A DNA stretch of 64,000 nucleotides, from sequence record NZ_CP123987.1. One strand, 5' to 3'. The translations under genes were made by a program, and so were the position numbers. The notes under the pieces were generated by a model that was given only the letters and a program-made list of their open reading frames with translations, had not been told where the DNA came from and did no database searches. This document shows positions 10,993 through 18,985 of this stretch, in pieces (positions within the stretch are counted from its first letter, which is position 1; every line of letters begins with the position of its first letter). The stretch comes from a plasmid.

Positions 10993-11552
10993 AAAAACTA
11001 ACCATATCATTATTAGCATTAATAACAATTCTTTCCTGTGGAGCTACTACTGTCAGTGCAGCAAGATTTCGAACCTATCGTTATCATACGCCACGTGTGA
11101 GAAGAACACCAAGATACCGAATTCGCAAATCAGAGTATTCTTATAGCCATAAGATGAGTTCTGATCATAACAGCTATAGTCATCATGATAATATGTCGAG
11201 CTATCGTAGTAGCAGCTACTCTAATACAGGGTCGACAGCGACATTTACTGGATCGCAGACAGATGATGTTTTGAATAATCAGATTTCCAAGAAAAAATAT
11301 CGCAATGACTATTATCGTCAAAGTATTATTACAAATCCTTGGATCTGGGCGATGTTAATCAACCATCACGCTAGATATCGTCATAATGAGGAATATACTA
11401 GAGGCTATAATGCAGGTTTTGAAGCTAGTCAGCAAGATAAAAAAGAGGGGACGACTGAGCATCAAACATTATCTAGCGATAAAAGCGCACAACATACTAG
11501 ATACTATCTTCGAGGATATAAGGAAGGATATCGTGACGGAATAAATAGATAA
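10989..11552 (+). CDS. Small secreted Tyr/Arg/Ser/His-rich protein (187 aa)
   Basis: N-terminal signal peptide MKKLTISLLALITILSCGATTVSA/AR. The composition is low complexity with repeated GY..GY motifs. The ATGA overlap with the upstream gene indicates translational coupling. Confidence 0.7.
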   Translation: MKKLTISLLALITILSCGATTVSAARFRTYRYHTPRVRRTPRYRIRKSEYSYSHKMSSDHNSYSHHDNMSSYRSSSYSNTGSTATFTGSQTDDVLNNQISKKKYRNDYYRQSIITNPWIWAMLINHHARYRHNEEYTRGYNAGFEASQQDKKEGTTEHQTLSSDKSAQHTRYYLRGYKEGYRDGINR

Positions 11553-11635
11553 TCATTTGAAGGAAGAAATTAACTAACTTCATGTGGTACATAACTAAGG
11601 CTTCAAAAACTATTAGACAACAGGAGGGGTTAACA

Positions 11636-11737
11636 TGGAAGATTTAGCAGGATGTGTAGGTTGTATTTTTTATATTATTTTAGGATTATTTGGCCTAGCC
11701 TTATTATTCTTTAGTTTGGTTCAAATGTCTTTATAAA
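11636..11737 (+). CDS. Putative 33-aa hydrophobic membrane peptide
   Basis: A strong RBS caGGAGGgg sits 7 nt before the ATG. The product MEDLAGCVGCIFYIILGLFGLALLFFSLVQMSL is a single transmembrane helix. It lies just upstream of a bidirectional terminator and is below the ORF-track size cutoff. Confidence 0.4.
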
Positions 11738-11754
11738 ATTATCTTGTATAACAA

Positions 11755-11800
11755 AACAAAATCCGTCCAATGAACGAAAATTCATTGAACGGATTTGTTT
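11755..11800. terminator. Bidirectional rho-independent terminator
   Basis: Stem atccgtccaatgaa / ttcattgaacggat flanked by an A-run on one side and a T-run on the other. It sits between convergent genes. Confidence 0.75.
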
Positions 11801-11809
11801 TATATCAAT

Positions 11810-13159
11810 CTATTCAGCTTCTCCAGCATGTTCTTGATCGATATCAATATGACGAACTGAGTAGCCGAGATAGAATAGTACGCCGATTCCGAGCCAGATA
11901 AAGTAACTAATCCAAGCTGGTAGGGTGATGTTTAACATTAAAACAACACACACAATGATTGATAGGATCGGTAGGACATTTCCAAACGGAACTTTAAATG
12001 GACGTGGTAAGTCTGGTTGTTGTTTGCGTAATAAAATTACGGCTAAAGAGATTAGACTGAAGACTGCCAGAGAACCAACGTTAGCAATTAAAGCTAAGTT
12101 TCTCATGTCCATAAATCCAGCAAGGATAGCTGCTAGAAGTCCATTTAACCATAACGCACGATTAGGACTGTGACTCTTTGAATTTAGGTGGGATAGTCGT
12201 CGAGGTAAAAATCCTCCACGACTCATCGCCATTGTAATATTAGCGCCGGCGTAAACAAAGGCAAGTACCACAGCCATGATACCTAAGATGGCTCCGGCTG
12301 ATACGATTTGAGCAGTCAAAGTGTGTCCTTTTGCTAATAATACAAATGCCATAGCTTCGGCAACATTAAGATCCTTGTAAGGAACTACCCCTGTCATTAC
12401 TAGACTAACTGCTACATACAAGGCAGTTGAAACTACAAGTGAAATGATAATAGCACGAGGCAAGTTGCGTTGAACATTCTTAGCATCTTCGGCTGAAGTA
12501 GCTAGGGCATCAAAACCAAGAAAGGTGAAGAAAACGGTTGATGCTCCAACCATGATCCCATGACCACCATATGGGAAGAAAGGATGCCAGTGAGCAGGGC
12601 GTATATGTTTAACACTAACAATGATGAACAAGAAAATCACAGTTAGTTTAATAATAACTAAGATGTTATTAAGTAATTTACTCTCACTAGTTCCCTTCGT
12701 TAATACAAGGGTGATAAATAAAATCATGATGATCGCAGGTAGATTCATAATTCCTCCTGCAGATGGTGCAGCTAGGAAAATCTTAGGTAAATGTACTCCA
12801 AATTCAGCTAAGAATGAGTGAACATAACCTGTCCATCCATTTGCAACTGTAGCGGTTGTAGTAATGTAAACTCCTAATAGAGTCCAACCAGCAAAGAAGG
12901 CCATAACCTGTCCAATCGTAACCCAAGCGTAAATATAGGCACTTCCGGAATTAGGAATAGTGGTTGAAAGTTCAGAATAACAAAGTCCAATCAAGCCACT
13001 AGCGATTGCGGCTACAATACCAGTTAAAACTAAAATCCCAGTTCCAATCATCGCACCGATTCCCAGAATGGAAAGATCAAAAAGACCTAAAGAACGCTCG
13101 TCTTCCGACTTAATGCTGGCGTTTTTCAATACTTTGTTAACGTCAATTTTATTTTTCAT
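11810..13159 (-). CDS. Amino acid permease (APC family)
   Basis: Polytopic membrane protein of 449 aa with an N-terminal GIGAMIGTGILVLTG segment. It is co-oriented immediately downstream of the ald remnant. Confidence 0.85.
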   Translation of the reverse strand: MKNKIDVNKVLKNASIKSEDERSLGLFDLSILGIGAMIGTGILVLTGIVAAIASGLIGLCYSELSTTIPNSGSAYIYAWVTIGQVMAFFAGWTLLGVYITTTATVANGWTGYVHSFLAEFGVHLPKIFLAAPSAGGIMNLPAIIMILFITLVLTKGTSESKLLNNILVIIKLTVIFLFIIVSVKHIRPAHWHPFFPYGGHGIMVGASTVFFTFLGFDALATSAEDAKNVQRNLPRAIIISLVVSTALYVAVSLVMTGVVPYKDLNVAEAMAFVLLAKGHTLTAQIVSAGAILGIMAVVLAFVYAGANITMAMSRGGFLPRRLSHLNSKSHSPNRALWLNGLLAAILAGFMDMRNLALIANVGSLAVFSLISLAVILLRKQQPDLPRPFKVPFGNVLPILSIIVCVVLMLNITLPAWISYFIWLGIGVLFYLGYSVRHIDIDQEHAGEAE

Positions 13160-13198
13160 AGTTTAGGCCGCCTCCTTTCCGGGCTAAAGGAGCAGGGC

Positions 13199-14289
13199 TT
13201 AACCTTTATAGGGTGTGAATGGTAGGTCTAAACTATCTGCAACAGCCTTGGAAGTAAGGTCTCCTTGGTGTGTATTAATTCCTGTAAGGATTGTGTTGTT
13301 TTCAGCAGCTGCTTTATCAATACCTTTATTAGCAATTTTAATTGCATAATGTACTGTTGCGCTGGAAAGTGCTTCTGTCGCTGTCTTTGGAACAGCACCA
13401 GGCATGTTAGCAACTGTGTAATGAATAACATCATGTGTTACATAGATTGGATCTTCGTGAGTTGTTGTTCTCACTGTTATTTCGAAGATACCACCTTGGT
13501 CGATAGGAATATCAACGATAACAGAACCAGGTTTCATGTTTTTAACCATTTCTTCTGTAACTAATTTTGGTGCCTTAGCTCCTGGGATTAGAACAGCACC
13601 AACTACTAAGTCAGCTTCTTCAACAACTTTCTTGATGTTAGCAGTATTAGACATTAAAGTTTGAATCTTTCCATCGAAAATATTGTCGATTTCGGCTAAG
13701 TGTTGAGCATTAATATCAAGGATTGTAACTTGTGCGCCCATACCAACAGCGATCTTAGCAGCGTTGAAACCTACAGTACCACCACCGATAATAGCAACTT
13801 TACCGCGATGTACACCGGAAACACCACTCAAAAGAATACCTTTGCCACCATGTGCTTGTTCTAAGAAATGAGATCCAACTTGGATTGACATACGGCCAGC
13901 GATTAGAGAAGTGGAAGTCCGCCGCCTCTACCAATCATTGTTTCGTATGCTACCCCTGTAACCTTCTTTTCGATTAAGGCTTCTGTTAATGGTTTATCTG
14001 CGGCCAAGTGAAGATAAGTATAGATGATTTGGCCTGGTTTGAAGTATTGGTATTCATTTTCCAAAGGTTCTTTAACTTTGATGACCATTTCTGTGTCCCA
14101 TGCTTCTTCTGCTGAACCCATCTTTGCACCAGCAGCGATGTATTCTTTATCTGGAAAACCGGAGCCAACCCCAGCTCCTTTTTCGACAATTACTGAATGG
14201 CCTGCATGAACTAAGCTTGCTACAGCACTTGGAGTAGCACCAACACGTTCTTCTTGCTTCTTGATTTCTTTAGGTACACCGATTAACAT
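13199..14289 (-). pseudogene. ald: Alanine dehydrogenase disrupted by a small deletion/frameshift
   Basis: The N-terminal part (MLIGVPKEIKKQEERVGATP...VAYETMIGRGGGLPLL) and C-terminal part (MSIQVGSHFLEQAHGGKGILL..., NAD-binding GGGTVGFNAA) lie in different frames. They are separated by a stop near 13891-13905, and about 6 residues (APMSEV-like) are missing. Confidence 0.75.
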
Positions 14290-14826
14290 AATAGGATACT
14301 CCTTTCCAAATAATGAATAAATATTCAAATAATTTCTCGTTTTTTGTTGATAGCGCTTTCAATCTAATACAAGAATAACACTTAAAAAGATAAATATCAA
14401 CCCTAAAATTCAAAGTTTGTGAAATCTAATTTGCCTTTAATTAGCGTGTTTTGGGAGTTTTTCACAAAGTTGATTTTATCCTGTTATTTATAAATCAACA
14501 TTAGAGTGATTATTAGAGAATAAGAAAATATACATTAAATGTATAATTAGTTTGCGGTTAGATTTAGCTAAGTAAATAAATTTAAAATATATTGGACGGG
14601 ATATTTAAAGGAATTTAAAAAAGATAGAATATTAAACTATTAAAAAAATAGATAAATAAAGAAACCTTGATTTAATAATCTCATTATTTTTTAAGGCTGA
14701 GTAGAGGGAAATGTAGATATTGGTCGCTTTTTATGATGATTTTGCTTATCTAAAAAATAAAATAGCACCTTATTTTTACCACAATATACAATATAGGTAA
14801 AGATAAGATGCCTTTTTACTAATATT

Positions 14827-15603
14827 TTAAACAGTTTCGCCATTAATTTTAAAAGTTATTTCAGGAAATTCTTTATCTGCATCTTTGCCTTCTAAGAATT
14901 CAAGAGCTTCCCGTCTAATTTTACTTAAATCGACTCCCTGAGCTTTAGCAGCGAAGACACAGCCACAGTAACATTGACGATAAACATCATATTCATGACA
15001 CATTTCAACTGAACGTTGGTAACCACCATTTTTCTTGAAATCACTAGGTAGATAGTGAGTAGTATATAAACTTTGTACCTTTAAGCCAACTTGGTTGATA
15101 ACTTGGGAATTTTTATGTGGACTGATTGTCAATGCACTTCCAAAGTAATCAAACCCCAATTCTACAGCTTTTTGAGCTACTTTATCTAGGCGATAGTCAT
15201 AACATACACGACAACGTGCGCCACCTTCGACTTCTTTTTCTAGTCCACGAACTTTCTCAAAGTATTCTTGTGGTTCATAAGGGGCGGAGATAAATTTAAC
15301 ATTATTGCCAGTATTTTCATTAAAATCATGAATGAATTTTTGTTGAACGTATTTTCTGCGTTGATATTCAGCGCGTGGATGAATATTAGAATTAGCATAG
15401 TAGACTGTAACATCAGCAAATTTGGTTAAATATTCAAGCGTATATGTACTACATGGGGCACAACAACTATGTAAAAGAATACGTGGGCGAGTGTCAGCTT
15501 CTTCCCATTTCTTAACCATTTTTTGCATGACTTTGTCGTAATTAATCTTTTGATTTTTATTCATCTTAGCAAGAATTTCTTCCACATCTATCATTTGACT
15601 CAT
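14827..15603 (-). CDS. queH: Epoxyqueuosine reductase QueH (DUF208)
   Basis: Conserved HSCCAPCS cysteine motif and further Cys cluster (CRVCYDYR, CYCGC). Confidence 0.75.
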   Translation of the reverse strand: MSQMIDVEEILAKMNKNQKINYDKVMQKMVKKWEEADTRPRILLHSCCAPCSTYTLEYLTKFADVTVYYANSNIHPRAEYQRRKYVQQKFIHDFNENTGNNVKFISAPYEPQEYFEKVRGLEKEVEGGARCRVCYDYRLDKVAQKAVELGFDYFGSALTISPHKNSQVINQVGLKVQSLYTTHYLPSDFKKNGGYQRSVEMCHEYDVYRQCYCGCVFAAKAQGVDLSKIRREALEFLEGKDADKEFPEITFKINGETV

Positions 15604-15680
15604 CTCGATTCTATAACGAACTCAAATACTATAATACCAGTCGATAAGTGAGATTTAAACCCTAAAAATCGCAGTTTAAA

Positions 15681-16190
15681 CTAATTTTCTTGACGCAAAT
15701 CAGCATAGTATTTATCAATGTAAGCTTTATAACTAACAGCCATAACAATATTATGCAGCATGCGTTGATATTCGGTATGTTCGTTACCCACTTCATCTAG
15801 TTCAGATTTCAAACCAAACACATAAGGGAGAACATTTTCCAATTCTGCCACAAAATAATCATAAGCAACTTTTGTTGAGTAAGTTTGTCTCTGTAATTCA
15901 ATTGCTGCTTTTAAATCGCTAAGTTGCATCACATTTTTAGCAACAGCAATAAAAAATAATTCTGCAATTTGATCAGCTGCATAACGTTTTTTAACAGGAC
16001 GGCGAATTAATTTATGTTTAACATAATTACTAATCATTGAACTAGTTAGCTTTACATCGCCTAAAATTTCAAGCCTTTCGCTGATGTATGCAGTAGTTTG
16101 GTCTAAATATAATTCAACTTCAGGTAAATCATCATACCTTGGTAGTTTAAAATTTTGAACACTTTGGCTTATTTTAAATTCTCTATTCAT
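15681..16190 (-). CDS. Hypothetical protein, possibly DUF1836 family
   Basis: ORF of 169 aa. The family assignment is tentative. Confidence 0.5.
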   Translation of the reverse strand: MNREFKISQSVQNFKLPRYDDLPEVELYLDQTTAYISERLEILGDVKLTSSMISNYVKHKLIRRPVKKRYAADQIAELFFIAVAKNVMQLSDLKAAIELQRQTYSTKVAYDYFVAELENVLPYVFGLKSELDEVGNEHTEYQRMLHNIVMAVSYKAYIDKYYADLRQEN

Positions 16191-16338
16191 AAATCAATAC
16201 CTCGCTATTCCCAGTATATAGGCAAAAACATAATTTATCAACAAAAAACTTATCATCAGTTTTTCAAAAACCGTTGACAATGTTTTTTATATTTTGTAAG
16301 CTTAATGAGAATTCTATAAATTAAGTAGGTAATAAGTT

Positions 16339-17181
16339 ATGAAGAAAATAATTACAGATTCAGCAGCAAATTTAAATGTAACTAAATTGAATGGTATTGA
16401 ATATCAGAGTGTAGGTTTAACTTTAGTTTGTGGGGATAAAGTATTTTTAGATGGTGCTGATTTTGATCAAGTGGAGTTCGATAAGTTTATCGAAAACAGT
16501 TCAACAGAAATAAAATCTTCTTGTCCTAGTGTTGAAAGTTACTTGGCAGCAATGGGGGATGCTGATGAAGTATATATTTTTACAATTTCAAGTGCGCTTT
16601 CGGGTTCATACAATACTGCGCAAACAGCTAAAAAAATGATTTTAGAGGAAGATCCAAATAGAAAAATACACGTTTTTGATACAAAAGCAGCAGGTCCAGC
16701 AGAGCGTATGGCAGCTGTTAAAGCTAGTGAATTATTGAATGAAGGGGTAGACTTTTCTGAAGTAGTAGCACAAGTTCAAGCTTATATCGATCATGTGAAG
16801 ATCTTTTTTAGCTTACAGTCATTAACGAATTTAGCAAATAACGGTCGAATAAATAAAACTGTTGCGAAACTTGCAGGAGTTTTAAAAATTAATGTGCTAG
16901 GTTGGGCTAACGAAGAAGGAAAGATTGAACAATTAGGAAAAGCACGTGGAGCTAAACGAGCATATCAATCTTTGGTAGATATATTGGTTAAGCATAATCT
17001 TAATAGTAAAAAAGTGGTAATTGATCACGCAAACAATGAAAAAGGTGCATTAGCTTTGAAGGACTTAATTCAAGCAAAGTATCCTAATTGTCAGATAGAA
17101 ATTGGAATTTGTACAGCACTATGTAGCTTTTACGCAGAAAAAGGGGGTTTAATGGTTGGCTGTACTGTGAATGATGGTTAA
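16339..17181 (+). CDS. DegV family fatty-acid-binding protein
   Basis: Typical DegV N-terminus MKKIITDSAANL and overall length of 280 aa. Confidence 0.85.
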   Translation: MKKIITDSAANLNVTKLNGIEYQSVGLTLVCGDKVFLDGADFDQVEFDKFIENSSTEIKSSCPSVESYLAAMGDADEVYIFTISSALSGSYNTAQTAKKMILEEDPNRKIHVFDTKAAGPAERMAAVKASELLNEGVDFSEVVAQVQAYIDHVKIFFSLQSLTNLANNGRINKTVAKLAGVLKINVLGWANEEGKIEQLGKARGAKRAYQSLVDILVKHNLNSKKVVIDHANNEKGALALKDLIQAKYPNCQIEIGICTALCSFYAEKGGLMVGCTVNDG

Positions 17182-17205
17182 AAATAAAATTTATTAATAA
17201 GAATT

Positions 17206-17232
17206 CCTCATCCTTTTGGGTGGGGATTTTTA
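17206..17232 (+). terminator. Rho-independent terminator
   Basis: Stem cctcatcc-tttt-gggtgggg with two G-U pairs, followed by atttttattt. Confidence 0.55.
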
Positions 17233-17353
17233 TTTGGAAAACTCTGTAAAATAAAGCTTTTCTATAATATTATAAAAGAGATACATAAGAGTAATGCTAC
17301 ATTAACTTTGGATACAATTCTAAATAATAAAGCTATTTATAGGAGAAAATAAA

Positions 17354-17788
17354 ATGATAAGAGAATTTCAGATATCAGACACCCAGCTAGTTATGCAGTT
17401 ATGGCTTGCAGGAAATGAAGATGCTCATTCTTTTGTTGCTAAAGAGTATTGGCAAGCTAATTTTGAAGAAGTGGAAAAACAATTATTGAAAGCTGATATT
17501 TTTGTTTATGATTTAAATGGAGAAATAAAGGGATTTATTGGACTAATGGATGAATATATTGCAGGGATTTTTGTTGATAAAGCGTATCGTTCTCAAGGGA
17601 TTGGTAGGCAACTTTTGGAATATGTAAAACAATTGCACAGTACATTGTCATTAAATGTGTATCAAAAGAATGAACGTGCATTAAGATTTTATCGTGAAAA
17701 TGGGTTTACTATTGTTTCTAAGCAGAATGATGAACATACAGGGGAAATTGAATTTACGATGATTTGGAATAAAAATAAAGTCGAATAA
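17354..17788 (+). CDS. GNAT family N-acetyltransferase
   Basis: Acetyl-CoA-binding motif GIFVDKAYRSQGIGRQLL. Confidence 0.85.
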   Translation: MIREFQISDTQLVMQLWLAGNEDAHSFVAKEYWQANFEEVEKQLLKADIFVYDLNGEIKGFIGLMDEYIAGIFVDKAYRSQGIGRQLLEYVKQLHSTLSLNVYQKNERALRFYRENGFTIVSKQNDEHTGEIEFTMIWNKNKVE

Positions 17789-17860
17789 ATTCTATTTTTT
17801 AGCGAGAAAATTTTTGAATTGCGTATACTATTATTAGCACTGAAAAACGGGGGATAAATT

Positions 17861-18814
17861 ATGAATACAGTAAATATGAAAAAATTAAAGAATTTAACTC
17901 AATATAATTTTACTGCAACTTTTATTAAAGCAGATGTAACTGTTCGTGAAAGAAAATCAAGTAGCTTAGAATACATATATCCAACTGTATTGCTAAAAAA
18001 TGTATGTTTAGTGGATACTGGAGAATTAATCGCTAAATATTATTGGTTGGGATACGGGAAAAGTCTAGCTAAGCTTGGAAAGCTAACATCAGGTACGCAA
18101 TTAAATTTTGAAGCAAGACCAGATATTAATGTTTTAGGGAACAAGAATAATGGAGATATTGCATCTTTAATTGCATGGCCAAAGAAATTTCAAAGACTGG
18201 ATAAAACATATCAATATCAAGCTATTCCTGAAAACGAAAATCAACTGGTAGGATATATACTATCTAATAAAAAACAAGAATATAGTGAGAATGAACAATG
18301 GTATCTGGATCAATATAAGTTATGGCGAGAAGAAAATGGAGATGAATTAGATACTATTGTGGAAGATATACCAGCAATAGATGATTATCAAGATATAGAA
18401 GTGAAAGATATATTAGATGATAAATTAGAAAAATATGCTGCTGTAAAGTCTGATGAATTATCAGATAGTAAAAATAGAAAATATGTAATAATTGATAGAA
18501 AAACAAAGAAGATTTTGGATGATAATAATCATGAGGGTTACTTAAGAGTTAAAGATGCTTATAAAAGTTATGAACATCGCCTAATCAATGCTAAAGAACG
18601 TTATCGAAAACGTCGTGCATTAATCTGGTTATTGAATCATGCTGATTTTGATAAGAAATTATTGGAAATTTATGTTGAAATAACTGATAAAGGCCAATGG
18701 GAAGGTTATATCAGTTTTGATAAAAAATTAGTTGAAGATTTGTTGTTACAAGGAAATCATACTCATTTAGAATTTACTTCTAAAGATTTGCTTGAAGTTT
18801 GGTACAAAGGATAA
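17861..18814 (+). CDS. Hypothetical protein (317 aa) upstream of the type I R-M locus
   Basis: ORF with RBS and a downstream terminator. No recognisable domain. Confidence 0.6.
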   Translation: MNTVNMKKLKNLTQYNFTATFIKADVTVRERKSSSLEYIYPTVLLKNVCLVDTGELIAKYYWLGYGKSLAKLGKLTSGTQLNFEARPDINVLGNKNNGDIASLIAWPKKFQRLDKTYQYQAIPENENQLVGYILSNKKQEYSENEQWYLDQYKLWREENGDELDTIVEDIPAIDDYQDIEVKDILDDKLEKYAAVKSDELSDSKNRKYVIIDRKTKKILDDNNHEGYLRVKDAYKSYEHRLINAKERYRKRRALIWLLNHADFDKKLLEIYVEITDKGQWEGYISFDKKLVEDLLLQGNHTHLEFTSKDLLEVWYKG

Positions 18815-18832
18815 GAGAAAGAGACACAAGAA

Positions 18833-18865
18833 GACCCTAACTCAATTACAAGTTAGGGTCTTTTG
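18833..18865 (+). terminator. Rho-independent terminator
   Basis: Stem gaccctaac / gttagggtc followed by ttttg. Confidence 0.7.
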
Positions 18866-18985
18866 ATTATCTGTTGATGAAAATTTGTTTGAATTTGTTA
18901 ATTTTCTAGATTAAGAGCATTTTAGCTTTTAAAAGCTTGCAAAATAAAGATTTTTTATAATATTATTAGTACTGAAAAGAATGGG

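Noticed and set aside
12621-12821. Plus-strand ORFs (11925-12173, 12621-12821) inside the amino-acid permease gene.
   Set aside because: They are antisense to a 449-aa polytopic permease with clear APC-family character and have no independent signals.
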